Shown in pieces: positions 48,697 through 61,802 of a DNA stretch of 64,000 nt. The stretch comes from Gracilinanus agilis (taxonomy: Eukaryota), in assembly GCF_016433145.1 (NCBI RefSeq), contig NC_058132.1, positions 166,026,044-166,090,043 of the forward strand. Reading direction: 5' to 3'. How positions within the stretch are numbered: the stretch's first letter is position 1; each line of letters starts with the position of its first letter. The notes under the pieces were generated by a model. It had not been told where the DNA came from, did not search any database, and worked only from the letters and a program-made list of their open reading frames with translations. The position numbers and the translations under genes are program-made.

Positions 48697-50884
48697 TATT
48701 AGACATTTATTAATATTCGTTTTTAATCTGTTTACATACTTTATGTCCCTACTTTCCCCTTCACCCCCCGCTATCCCCCCACCCATGGCTAACGCACATT
48801 TCCACTGATTGTAACAAGTGTCCTTGTTCAGGGTCTATTTCCCATTCATGTCCGCCTCAGTCCATGCATTCAAGCAATTGTTTATCTTATATGTTTCCTC
48901 TCCTGCAGTCCTTCCTCTGAATGTGGGTAGCATCTTTACCATAAATCCCTCAGAGCTGTCTTGTGTCATTGCATTGTTGCTGGTACAGGAGCCCATTACA
49001 TTTGATTTTACCATAGTATATCAGTCTCTGTGTACAATGTTCTTCTGGCTCTGCTCCTTTTGCTCTGCATCACTTCCTGGAGGTCTCTCCAATTTGCATG
49101 GAATTCCTCCAGTTTATTATTCCTTTTAGCACAATAGTATTCCATCACCAGCATATACCACAATTTGTTCAGCCATTCCCCAATTGAAGGACATCCCCTC
49201 ATTTTCCAGTTTTTTTGCCACTACAAAAAGCACAGCTATAAATATTTTCATACAAGTCTGTTTATCTATGATCTGTCTGGGGTACAAACCCAGCAAAGGT
49301 ATGGCTGGATGAAAGGGCAGGCAGTCTTTTATAGCCCTTTGGGCATAGTTCCAAATTGCCAGTCAGAATGGCAGGATCATTTCACAACTCCACCAGCAAT
49401 GCATCAATGTCCCAATTTTGCCATATCCCCTCCAACATTCATTACTCTCCCCTTCTTTCATTTTAGCCAATCTGCTAGGTGTGAGGTGATACCTCAGAGT
49501 TGTTTTGATTTGCATTTCTTTAATTATTAGAGATTTGGAACACTTTCTCATGTGCTTATTGATACTTTTGATTTCTTTACCTGAAAATTGCCTATTCATG
49601 TCTCTTGCCCATTTATCAGTTGGGGAATGGCTTTATTTTTTATACAATTGCTTTAACTCTTTGTATATTTGAGTAATTAGACCCCTGTCAGAGTTTTTCG
49701 TTATAAAGATTTTTCCCAATTTGTTGTTTCCCTTCTGATTTTGATTACATTGTTTTTGTTTGTACAAAAACTTTTTAGTTTAATATAATCAAAACCATTT
49801 AATTTACATTTTGTAATTTTCTCTAACTCTTGCTTGGTTTTAAAGTCTTTCCTTTCCCACAGATCTGACAGGTAAACTATTCTGTGTTCACTTAACTTGT
49901 TTATACTTTCCCTCTTTATATTCAAGTCCTTCACCCATTCTGAATTTATCTTGGTGTAGGGTGTGAGACGTTGATCTAGACCTAATCTCTCCCATATCGT
50001 TTTCCAAATTTCCCAGCAGTTTTTGTCAAATAGTGGATTCATGTCCCAAAAGTTGGGCTCTTTGGGTTTATCATACACTGTCTTGCTGACATCATTAACC
50101 CCAAGTCTATTCCACTGATCCTCCCTTCTATCTCTTAGCCAGTACCATATTGATTTAATGACTGCTGCTTTATAGTATAGTTTGATATCTGGTACTGCTA
50201 GGACCCCTTCCTTCACATTTTTTTCATTATTTCCTTTGATATTCTTGATCTTTTGTTATTCCAAATGAAATTTGTTACAGTTTTTCCTAATTCAGTAAAG
50301 AAGTTTTTTGGTAATTTGATAGGTATGGCGCTAAATAGGTAAATTAATTTGGGTAGGATGTTCATTTTTATTATGTTAGCTCGTCCTACCCATGAACAGT
50401 TAATGGCTTTCCAATTGTTGAGGTCCAGTTTTATTTGTTTGGAAAGTGTTTTGTAGTTGTTTTCGTATAATAGCTGTGTTTGTTTTGTTAGATTGATTCC
50501 CAAGTATTTTATATTCTCTAGGGTGATTTTAAATGGTGTTTCTCTTTCTACCTCTTGCTGTACTAATGTGTTGGAAATGTATAGAAATGCTGATGATTTA
50601 TGTGCATTTATTTTGTATCCTGCCACTTTGCTGAAGTTGTTGATTATTTCTACAAGCCTCTTAGTTGATTCTCTAGGATTTTTAAAGTATACCATCATAT
50701 CATCTGCAAAAAGTGATAGCTTAGCCTCCTCATTGCCTATTTTGATACCTTCAATTTCTTTTTCTTCTCTAATTGCTATTGCTAGTGTTTCTAGTACTAT
50801 GTTGAATAATAGAGGTGATAATGGGCATCCTTGTTTCACTCCTGATCTTATTGGGAAGGCTTCTAATTTATCCCCATTGCATAT
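48697..50884 (-). mobile_element. Young 5'-truncated L1 (~2.2 kb) with 16 bp TSD
   Basis: TSD ttctgaatgcattttt at 48681-48696 and 50885-50900. RT ORF 50213..50896 ([20 protein letters not shown]) followed by frameshifted ORFs 49701..50216, 49363..49599 and 49008..49202. Confidence 0.97.
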
Positions 50885-51699
50885 TTCTGAATGCATTTTT
50901 GAAGGATAGACCCAAAAACAGAGAATGCTACATATGAATAAATTGAGGTTTTAATTTACTGAAATTACTGAGGTTTAACTTACTGAAAATGACCAAGTTG
51001 GTAACATTTGAACTGGAAATAGAAACTAGTAGTTCCATGACTCCCCTAGCCCAACACACAATTTTAGGGAACGTTGAAAGAAAACAACTTTCCTCATTTC
51101 AAAATTCCACTTCTGTTGCCAACCTTTAAAACAGTAGTTGTATGTCTAATTCATGACACACAAAGCCCAAGTCCATGTTGACACATCAGTGCAAGCCAAG
51201 GGTAAGGGCAAGGAATAAACACAGGTATACTGAAAGTCTGAGGGTTTAGGAAGACAGTCAATGGTCCTTTAAATTCTGCCTTTAAATAAGACATTGGTAG
51301 CCCCAGTTTTAATATTGCATTCTGGAGCTTGACTTTCAGTACTCCAGGAAAACCCAACCTATCTATCTATCTGGCCTGAGTACTGGAATCTATTAACTTA
51401 GATACAAATTTGGACTTCAATATTATTCTAAATTCTATGAGTTTCTTTCCTTAAGATTTCTGGAGGGTTAGAGATGACCATAATCATCATCACTATGAGT
51501 TCAATGCTTGTAATTTGTCATTATTACTGGCCCCCCTGATCAGATTGCCTAAAGCCAACAATGGCAGAGATCTAAGATCTTACTCTAATTGGAGTAATCT
51601 TCATTGTAACTGGATGCATTGCAAGGTATTTTTGGTCCTATATCTGAAGCAAAAGCTTGACTCAGGTACTAGGTGGAATAATAAAAACTACACGCTGGT

Positions 51700-52190
51700 A
51701 GAAGTTCAAGTCTCCCATGCTTTTTTTTTTAATTGTATTGCTATATTTTGTTTTTATATCATCTTCATTTATAATAAAATCTCTCACATTCCAAGAGCCA
51801 TCCACAAAAAGAAAAACAAAGGAAAAGGGAAGAAAAAAATTACTAAGAAAAAAATCAACCATACATAATGGCATATGTAGTGTTGGTAGACACCAATAGT
51901 CTCCTATCACTGCAAAGAGGGAAGGGAAGTGTCCTCTCAGTTTTCTTCTTCAGAACTAAACTTCATCATTATAATTATGCAGCCTTTCATCTTTACTATT
52001 TTTAGTTGCTATTCTTTACATTTGTTACTATTAGTTTGAATATTGTTTTTCTGTTTCTCATTATTTCAGTTTGGATCAGTTCATCTATTTTTCTGTACTT
52101 CTTTCCATTTTTTAAGTTCATTTATTATGGCAAAACTACTTTCCCTTCTATTCAGATACTACAATTTGTTTAGCCTCTAAATGATTGATG
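51700..52190 (-). mobile_element. Old L1 3'UTR fragment
   Basis: Reverse-strand old-L1 terminus with a T-run near 51720. Confidence 0.5.
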
Positions 52191-52429
52191 TATATCTATT
52201 GTTACCAGTTATTTGTTCTAAATATATCTCTACTATAACTTTATTGAGGGTATATGGTAACTTTCTTTCTTCATTTGACCTTCTTAGTTTAAATACAATA
52301 GAAGTGGACTTCTGCTCCAAAGAATATAAATATTTGGAGCATTTTCTTAACATAGGTCAAACTTTCAAAGAGTTGGAGCAATTTACAGGTGTAGATAAGC
52401 TTATCAAAATAAAATCCATTCAAAAGTCA

Positions 52430-53215
52430 GACACTCATGCATTGCTGGTGGAGCTGTGAACTGATCCAACAATTCTGAGGGCAATTTGGAAGTATGCTCA
52501 AAGGGTTACAAAAAATACATACCCTTTGATCCGGTAATACCACTTGAGATTGTATCCCAAAAAGATTTTTTTAATGGGAAAGGACATTCTTATAAAAAGT
52601 ATTTATAGCAGTTCTTTTTGTGGTGACCAAGAATTGGAAATTAAAGGAATATCCATCAATTAGAGGATGGCTGAACAAATTGTGGTATATGACAGTGATG
52701 GAATACTATTGTACTTTAAGGAATGATGAACAGGATGATTTCAGAAAGAGCGGGAAAGACCTTCATGGACTGATGCAATGAAATAAACAGAAACAGGAAC
52801 ACGTCATACACAGGAACTACAATATTGTGGAAAGATTAATTGTGATAAACTTAGCTATAATCAGCAATAAAATTATTCAGGACAATTCAGAGTAACTTAT
52901 GACAAAGAATGCTTATCTGCTTCCAGAGGAAGAACATTTGGAGTCAGAATGCAGATGAAAGCAAACTATTCTTCATTTTTTAAATTTGGATTTATGTTTT
53001 GGGGTTCTGGTTTTATAAGACTACTTATCAAAATGAACAATCTGGAAATATGTTTTTCATGATAATATGTGTACAACCCAATCTGAATTGCCTGCCAGTA
53101 CCAGAAGGAGGATGAAAAGGGAGGGAGGAAAATAAGTCTGATCATATAACTTGGGAAAACTTGCATGGAAAGTTATTACATGTAATTGGTAAAAAAGGAA
53201 AATATTTTAAAAATG
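52430..53215 (+). mobile_element. Old L1 3' end
   Basis: cactcatgcattgctggtggagctgtgaactg, ggatggctgaacaaattgtggtatatgacagtgatggaatactatt and 3'UTR. Confidence 0.85.
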
Positions 53216-54355
53216 AAATGCAACCAATAGGTACTGAGATGTGATTTCTGCCCTAGCAGTCCTATTTACAGACTTTCTCCTTCAAGTGTAACCACTCATT
53301 ATGACCCATCTCACTTAATAGGTAAGCTATGGGCGATCTAACTTCCTGTAACACAAAAAGAAGTCAATCATACTATTCTCTTGCTTTTAAAAAGTCTTCT
53401 GTAGCACATGCCCCATGTACATGGTATACCCAGATTAGATACTCAGGAACACTACATTGAGACAAGTCCTGAAATACATATTAAATATCCCTTCCCTGAC
53501 TGATCCAGATTCATGAGTTGGGTATTCTTCTAATTACCATAATTGGATAATATATTCTTTTTAGGAGCCAATATATAGTAGCAGATTGAATACTGGACTT
53601 GTAGTCAGTAAACCTGGAATTGAGTCCTGTCTCAGGCATTGGATTCTGGCATTTTCATCAGGAGGCTGGCTTTTTGGCCAGAATCCAAAAGAAAGTCCTG
53701 GAATATGAGTATATGAGGTATATGACTGGAAGAATGAGAAAAGAGGACCATGTTATGAAGGGATTTGACTACCAGAGGGTTTTTGTATTAATTCTGAAGA
53801 TAATGGGGGGAGGGGACTACTGGAGTTTATTGATTAGAGGAGTCACATGGTCAGCCCTCTGCTTTATGAAAATTACTTTAGTGACTGAATTGGAGTGAAG
53901 CAAGACTTGTGGCAAGCAAAGCTCTTACACCAGCACAAGCCTGAAGAGATGAAGACTTACATGAGGGTAGTGGCAGTATTAGAAGAGAGAAAGGGGAGCA
54001 TTTGAAAGATGTAATCAAGATGAAATTGGCAGGTCATAGCAAGAGCTCAGATGGCAAGTGTAGAGATCCATAAACAAACAGTTTAATCTGTAAATCCTAT
54101 CAGATCCAGCTATAGCTGATGATTATAACTAATTGATGACTCCTTTCATTATTAAAAGTTTTCCTGTGTAATAAATCATTTTAATTTAAAGAAAAGAGGG
54201 GAAAATGGGGGAAGCCAATAAGAGAATAGATGAAAATCTGGGACTCCTCTTTTGAGCCCTTTTGTGATCCTTGTGATTTCTTGTTGAAAAGTATTGTGGC
54301 CTTATTGAAGAGCTTTAGGTTCCTAGCGGGCCAGCAGTTAAAAGGTTAACATTCT

Positions 54356-54617
54356 GGGGGCAGCTGGGTAGCTCAGTAGATTGAGAGTCAGGCCTAGAGA
54401 TGGGAGGTCCTAGGTTCAAATCCGGCCTCAGACACTTCCCAGCTGTGTGACCCTGGGCAAGTCACTTGACCCCCATTGCCTACCCTTACCACTCTTTCAC
54501 CTATAAGTTGTAAGAAGAAAATTTAGGTGGTTCCTGGTGGCCACATATTTAATATATATCTATAAATACCTAAATTTTCCTTCTTACAAAGTCAATATGC
54601 AGAAGTTAAGGGTTTAA

Positions 54618-54660
<43 letters not shown>
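54356..54660 (+). mobile_element. Young SINE inside the LTR, with (AAT)n tail and 16 bp TSD
   Basis: TSD aaaaggttaacattct at 54340-54355 and 54661-54676. (AAT)n at ~54618-54660. Confidence 0.95.
54509..54588. mobile_element. 80 bp TG..CA element with 20/21 bp terminal inverted repeats and 4 bp TSD, inside the SINE
   Basis: tgtaagaagaaaatttaggt (54509-54528) versus acctaaattttccttcttaca (54568-54588). TSD aagt at 54505-54508 and 54589-54592. Confidence 0.85.
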
Positions 54661-54664
<4 letters not shown>

Positions 54665-55554
54665 GGTTAACATTCTTCCCCTTTGGTCAGAAATGCAGCC
54701 AAGGCCGAAACCTTAGTTAGCTGGGGCATTTGCCCCTGAGAAAAGTATTCTCAGACTTGGCTTGGTGATAACAAATATAGCTGAAAGTCCAGCCTGGTTC
54801 TTATCTTCACCTTGAAGCTTCTAAGCCTGTTGTATTGTCTATGTTAAAAATACAGCTTTTTGTAGTTGTGGGAAACTATCCTTGTGCTTTTGGGTGAAAG
54901 GGAGTTTGAATTTCTTATATAATAAACTTGTGACTCAATGGCACTTCGAGAGAAGCAGCTATGAGTTAACAGTCAAGATCTTCTCCCGTGTCCGGTTATT
55001 TCCTTATCAATGAAGCCGTCTTTATCAGATTATCAGAGATGATAAATAGATCTGGAGAGACAAGGGGTGAGATATAGTGAGGATTTTAGGGTGACACCTA
55101 GATGGTGCAAGATGATCCACTGGTGTGTAGAGATGAAACTTATATTGCATTTGAATTTGTCTTATCTAAAAGTTAGAAACAAAGTAGACTTTATTCATAT
55201 TTAACAGAGAGTTTTTCATTGGTACTTTTACTTAGTGTTTCAGTTGGTCTACAAAGCATTCTTAGGAAGAGTGGGAATTCCATTGTGCAGAGGGATTGAT
55301 AGTAATGAGGTAAACCTTACTCATTTATTTTCAACATATTGTGGCACATTACATTTTATATGTGCCCATTTAAGTGGGTTTACATGGTAATAAACCCTTC
55401 AGACTTTGAACCACATGGAAGTGGCTAGGGTACAGATTCAGTACTTGCTGGGGTGTGTTTCAATCCATCCCCCATTGCAAATTAATTATATTATCTAGTT
55501 TTAAGTAAAGCTCCCTCTCAAAAATTGGAAAAGTAACTTAAAAAGGATTTCTAT

Positions 55555-56134
55555 TGTAAATGCTGAAAGAAAATCTATCACTATGTTCTCACAAAAACTT
55601 TATTAAAAAAAAACATGGGAGTTCCCCTAGCCTGAAATTGACTCTCCCCTCTAAACCTGAATCTAATCAGATTCAAAGTTCCCTCCTTGGGGGGATTGGT
55701 TCTTCTATAGACCAATCCTGTACCATTCAAGACCGATTCCACACCAGGAAGTAGGGGGGAGGGACTTCTGGGGCATGTTGTGGGATGCAGTCCCCAGGCC
55801 ACAATATTTATAAAACCCACACTATAAAGAAACCGTTGGTGAAAGATAATAATTCTAATGGGAACATAAGTGAACAAAGCTGACAAGTGGCCAGGCTGAC
55901 ACTTCTCTTACTGCTAAAATATTTCTTTTGCAGCCACAACATGAGATTGTTAGTGGAAATTTGGGGTTCTTTGGGGTCCTTGGTCTTACTATCAGATCCA
56001 TGATATAAACTTCCTGTGGAAGCTTAGGGGACTTGAGAACTACACTTCCCATGATTCAAAGGACTTCCTGTCTTACGTGGTGAGAAGCTTAAATAGGGAG
56101 AATGGGATTGGTACTGTCTCTTTCCTGTGGAACA
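55555..56134 (-). mobile_element. ERV LTR-like sequence
   Basis: Minus-strand TATAAAT (55806-55812) upstream of minus-strand AATAAA (55599-55604), TG/CA candidate ends. No TSD confirmed. Confidence 0.45.
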
Positions 56135-56389
56135 AGCTAGGTGGGCAGAAGTAATGGCGGGGTATTTGAATTAGATCTTAGCAGGCCCATGACCTTCTTA
56201 ATTACCAATATGGCTTTAAATAAACTATTAAACATTTTGAATATATCCATCTATATCAATATTATTTGTAACAAGGTAAAAATAATGAGGATCTTATATC
56301 TCTCAAAAGGGTACACATATGCAAAATTATCAAGATTATTTGCATCATGGCTATATATCCACTACACTTAATGTTGAACAGTTGCTTAA

Positions 56390-57670
56390 GTGTACATTGC
56401 CAAAAATTGTATCTAGCCTAATTGCCAAAATCAACAATTTTTTCAGTTCTCATTTTTCTGGGTCTATCTGCAGCATTTACAATGTTGATCACTCTCTCTT
56501 CTTTGATACTCTTTTTTTTCTATGTTTTTGGGACAATACTTTCTTCTGGTTTTCCTTCTACCTATTAAATGATTTCTTCTCAGTTTCTTTGCTGGAGCCT
56601 TATTCAGGTCATGTCTGCTAACCACAGACGTCCCACAGGTTCTGTCCTGGGCACTCTTGTCCTGGGCAATCTCATTAACTTCCATGAATTTAATTGTCAT
56701 CTCAATGCTGATGATTCTCAAATCTACTTATTCTGTTCTAACCCTTCTGCTGACCTCCAATCTCACATTTCCAACTGCCTTTCAAAACTAGTACACATCT
56801 TAAGCTCAACTTGTTCAAAACTAAACTCATTTTTCTCCCTAAACTCTTTTATATTCCTTTTTAATTCACTACTATGGAAATCATCATCGCCCAGGGTCCC
56901 AGGATTGCAACTTACGTGCTATCCTTAATTTCATGGTCTCTCACTTCCCATATCCTATCTATTGCCAAAATCTCTCCATTTCACCTTTGCAACATTTTTT
57001 CAAATATACTCCCTTCTCTCCTCTGATACTACCAATACCTTGGTGCAGATCCTCATCACCTCATTCTTTGACTATTGCAATAGCTTGCTGGTGGGTTTGT
57101 TGCAAGTATCTCTCTACTTCAATCTATCCTTCAACAACTAAAATGATTTTCCTAAAGCATGGTTCCAAATATATCAATCCTCTGTTCAATAAACTACATT
57201 GGCTTCAAGAACAAATATTAATTTTTGTATTTAAAACCTTGTATGCAAAACCAAATCCCCTCATTCATCACCTTTCTTCTTCTTACTTCATCTTCATCTT
57301 CATCTTCTCTGTACCACATACTTGGATTTAATGGAACCAGTTTTCTTGCTGTTCCATCAATTAGACACACATTCTCTTGACTTTGGTCATTTTCTCCGGC
57401 TGTCCCCCATGTCTAGAATGTTCTCTTTCTTGTCTCATCTCTGCTTCCTGGTTTCCTTGTTTTTCTTGAAGACTGAACTAAAATAGTACTTTTCTCAGGG
57501 AGCCTTTCCTATCCCCTCTTAATCTGACATTTTTTTTAATGATTTCTTATATCTTCTGTCAATCGTTTGTATATATTTATTTGCTTCTTGTTTCCTTCTT
57601 TAGATTATGAGTTCCTTGAGGGCAGGGTATTGTCTTTTTATTCTTTCTGTATTCATAGCACTTAGAGAGG
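56390..57670 (+). mobile_element. L2 fragment, RT region to 3' end
   Basis: L2 motifs (gcagcatttacaatgttgatcactctctc, tgctgatgattctcaaatctac, ttgactattgcaatagc, agattatgagttccttgagggcaggg). Confidence 0.8.
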
Positions 57671-57730
57671 TCTATCATCTCAACCTGGAAACAAAGTCTC
57701 AAATCTTAATTAAGGAAGAATCCCCTAGTC

Positions 57731-58034
57731 CAGTAATGGTGAACCTATGGCATAGGTGCCAAAGATGGTGCCCAGAGTGCTCTCTGTGAGTACTTGTCTA
57801 CCCTTTCCCATCCTCCAGTTTACTACTAGAAAGGCAGATGGACTCATGTGGAGCTGCTCCCTTCCTTCTCTCCACTTTTTCATATCTCCTGCTCCTCTAT
57901 CCAGGAGCCCAATGGGAGCACTTCCTCCCTCCCCTTTGTGGGGTGAGGGGGGTCAGGGAGTGCCCAGCACTTGGTGGGTGTGTGGGGGAAGAGCAGGGCC
58001 CAGAACTCAGTCTCTAAAAGGTTCACCATCACTG
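57731..58034. mobile_element. Non-autonomous hAT DNA transposon (304 bp)
   Basis: 16 bp TIR with one mismatch: cagtaatggtgaacct / aggttcaccatcactg. Degenerate 8 bp TSD ccctagtc / ccctaatt. Confidence 0.88.
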
Positions 58035-58779
58035 CCCTAATTTCTAGTGTAGGTCTCAAGCTAGATAAAGGAAGATAAGAGGTTGCTGGCTCCTCTAAAT
58101 GTCAGTTTCTTTGAGTTTTTCTCTCCCTTCAAGGGAAACTTGGAATGTCATTATTTCTCTTAAAATTGGAAACGGAACACAAGAATCTCACTTTTCTCCT
58201 GCTCCCACTAACTCTGTCCCTCATACAAGAACAGAATACTGTGGATAGTCCCTTGCAATTGGTCCTTGCAGCCATCACATACCACACCCCGGTACCCCTC
58301 CATCAAACATACAGTAAACATAATGCTTATTAATGATTAATGTTCAAATAAAATTGACAGCATCAGGAAAAAAGAAAATTAGTAGCAAAATCTCAGTTAA
58401 AACCTTTCTATAACTGGTGGATGGGATTGAAAAATGAATTTTATGATTCAGTAAATGCAACCAGTGATGAACTTCTTCCATTTGAAGTTACAACTTTTTG
58501 AGGTGGAGGTTGCTGTTTTTTAATTATGGCATCAGTTAAAACCTAGTATCAAAATCAATTGAATTTATAAACAGGTTTTTTAATAATTTCATCACAAAGT
58601 ATCTAACCAACATTTCCAAATATAATGAAACAATCAATCATGTTCTCATCAAAATATTAGTTTATTTAATATGATTTTAATATGATTTTATTTCAAGTCA
58701 AAATGGTTTTGCACATCAATGAAAATGCAATATTCTTAAATGTTATTTATTTCATTTTATCTCATTCTTTTAAACTTTA

Positions 58780-59905
58780 ACTTCACATATGTTGCATAAT
58801 GTCCTGGGCCCTCTTTCATCTCTCTATATATTATTTGATTCAGTCATAAGCTCTCAGTTATCATCTCTAAGCTAATGAATCTCAAATCTATTTATCCAGT
58901 TCAAACCTCTCTCTGACCCTCGTTCTTACATTTTCTACTTCCTAATGGACATCTTGAAATGGATTTTCTATAGACAGATATCTTAAATGCAATGTGTCCA
59001 AAACTGAATTCATCATCTTTTCCTCATGCCCTCTCCTCCTCCTAACTTTCTTATTATGTTTGAGGGTACCATCATCCTCTCAGTCACCTAAGCTTACAAT
59101 GTAGGTGTCATACTTGATTCCTCTCTATCAACTTACCTCCCCATATTTAATCTCTTGCCACATCCTATTAATGTTATCTTCATAATGTCTATCATATACA
59201 CCTCCTCCCTTCTGATACCATAACCATCCTGGGGTTGGCCTTCATTATCTCATTCCTAGGCTATTGAAATAACCTTTCTGTTGGTCTCCTTACCTCAAAT
59301 ATTTCCCATTCCAGTCCATAATCCACTAAGTCTTTATAATGATCTTCCAACTTGTTCCATCATTCCCCAATTAATATTCAGCCTCTCAATTTCTAAATCT
59401 TTGCTACCATGAAAAGAGCTACAATAAATATTTTTATGCAAATTGGTCATTTTCCTTTTTTAAAAATCTCTTTGGGAGACAAACCTAGTAGTGGCATCAC
59501 TGGATCAAAGTGTATACAGCTTTAGAGCCCTTTGGCATAGTTTCAAATTGCTCTCCAGAACAGTCAACTCCATGCACTTTCATGGACTGTCTCCATGCCA
59601 GTAATTCTTTCCCTTCTTATCTCCAGCATCTGACTTCCTTGATTTTTCCTGCAAGAATAATCCACTTCCACAAGAAGCCTTTCCTGATTCTTTTTAATAC
59701 AAATATCTTTTCTTTTCTCTATCAATTATTTTCAATTTATTTGTATATATCCTTCTTGTACATTGTTGTTTGTAGGTTGTCTTACCCCATTATATAGATG
59801 ATGAACTTGAGAACAGAAACTTTTTTAACCTTTCTTTGTATTCCCAGCACTTAGCATAGTGCCTGAAACATAACAGCCACATAATAAATCTTTGCTGACT
59901 TGCAT
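58780..59905 (+). mobile_element. L2 fragments with a small intervening reverse L1 piece (~59345-59560)
   Basis: L2 body and terminus motifs (aatgtgtccaaaactgaattcatcatc; cccagcacttagcatagtgcctg...ataataaatc). Confidence 0.65.
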
Positions 59906-60824
59906 ACTATATTAGTAGAGAATAATAGGTATCTCACTTATAAATAAATGATTATAGTTATTGATGATGCAGGCTCAAAAATGTTAAGAGTACATGCTTA
60001 GAAAATTGTGAAGAACACTATTCCAATGCACTCATTAACAATTATGACCACATCAGTGAAAATAAACAAATCTCCAAATACAAGGTACATCATTTGTAGC
60101 AATCCCCTGATTCCTCATCTAGTCTCTTGAAAACAATCCCTATCTTCTTAAATCAGTATGGGTTTCAGTTGGCAAAATTCTCTTATGTAAACAATAATTT
60201 TTAATGCCACTCTTTTAGAATAGCTGTAATGTATCCTAATAGGAATCACATTATGAACAAATCTCTAGTTTTCCTGCCTTAAACTTTGGCTAGTACCCAA
60301 GTGGTACCATCTTCTCTGTCTTCCTTTCCAAGATGGCATTTCTCAATTACTTGTCATAGGAGCTATCTATATCTGAGAAGCAGACAAAAATGGTCTTCAT
60401 ATTTAAAAACTAGTTTACACTGATCCAGAAAACCAGTATTTTTTCTGTTGTCTTTTAAAGATATATGTTTGTATGAATTATTACACTGAGTTTAGTGAGG
60501 ATGAATATACTGGAGCATTGTACAAAAGAGATTATAGGAGAAAGTTTATTTGAGCTTGTAAACCATATGTACCAAGTCATCAAAGGTATCAGTGGAAGAA
60601 AGAAGACTTCCATGATATTCCAAGGGAGTAATCATGGGTGGATTTTCAAGCATACTCTTAGGGTAATGGACAGTTTTAGAGCAGTGCTTAATCACATTGC
60701 AACCTGGGCTGTCTGATGTAGGTTCTCATCTCATATTGAAACTTTACCTAAAATTATTCCCTAATGTAGGAAATAGTATCATATGTTATAATGGTCCAAA
60801 AGACACAAAAAAACCCAGAAATTC

Positions 60825-60945
60825 TCTGTCTCTCTCTCTCCCTCCTCCCCTCTCTCCTCTCTTTTATACCTATCTCTGATTATGTCTGTCTCTTCTCTTT
60901 CTTCTCTGATTCTGTGACTGTCTCTGTCTTTCTGTCTGTCTCAGT
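60825..60945. repeat. CT-rich low-complexity tract
   Basis: (TC)n and (TCTG)n-like runs visible directly. Confidence 0.8.
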
Positions 60946-61604
60946 GGTCCGATTTTTCTTACACATAGCAGTATTTTAAGTTCATAAAGTTTCTAAATGT
61001 TTTTTTCTCAAGCCTGAGCATCACTATTTCCTTCAAATGATTGTAATGTGTGGTGTTTATGAGAATTGTATACTGAGAGTTTCTTCACACACGTTAAAGT
61101 GACAAAAGTATTTTACATCTGCACAAGTAAACGGATTCCCTGCAGTAACACTATTAACAGCTGGTAAGCTTATATTTTGATGTATTATAACTCTTCTGTC
61201 AATGTTTTCTCAATTTGTTTCCTCACACTTACAGAGCTTTAGAGCACACAAAATTGAAGAGATCAATGTTGAGTTTTTATGAACGTTTAGGATTTTACAA
61301 GATTACTGCAAACTAGTGGTGACATGGGTAAGTGACTAATGACTATACAGCTTACTGCATGACACAAAGACATCCACAGCTTGGAGCAGTTTATAATCCT
61401 AAAACATAAGACATTTACCAAAGAGAAAGAAATATCACATTAGTAATATATGAAAGAATAGATTTAAGCCACAATTCAACCAGTCAGTTGATTGAGTAGA
61501 TCAAGTACAGGCTTAAAGGAAACAGATGAAAATTGAGTTGAATTACATAACAAAAGGCAGTCAAACCTAGAGATAAGACAGAACTGTTAAAAGTACACAA
61601 GCAG

Positions 61605-61786
61605 GTGCAGCTGGGTAGCTCAGTGGAGTGAGAGCCAGGCCTAGAGACAGGAGGTCCTAGGTTCAAACCCTGCCTCAGCCACTTCCCAGTTGTGTGACCC
61701 TGGGCAGGTCACTTGACCCCCATTGCCCACCCTTACCACTCTTCCACCTATGAGACAATACACCGAAAGTACAAGGGTTTAAAAAA
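61605..61786 (+). mobile_element. Young SINE with 16 bp TSD
   Basis: TSD aaaagtacacaagcag at 61589-61604 and 61787-61802. Tail gagacaatacaccgaaagtacaagggttt is nearly the same as in the copy at 30125. Confidence 0.95.
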
Positions 61787-61802
61787 AAAAGTACACAAGC
61801 AG

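Larger units (their letters stand above)
54050..55062 (+). mobile_element. ERV remnant: ~150 bp internal 3' sequence, polypurine tract and 3' LTR (54206-~55062), inserted in an L2
   Basis: PPT aaagaaaagaggggaaaa (54188-54205) abuts tgggggaagccaataagag. Homologous to LTR 40062-40624. Flanked by reverse-strand L2 on both sides. Confidence 0.7.

Noticed and set aside
40062-55062. The two related LTRs as the ends of one 15 kb provirus
   Set aside because: They are too divergent internally, there is no PBS after the first, and there is no gag/pol/env between them. The interval is L1, L2 and SINE sequence.
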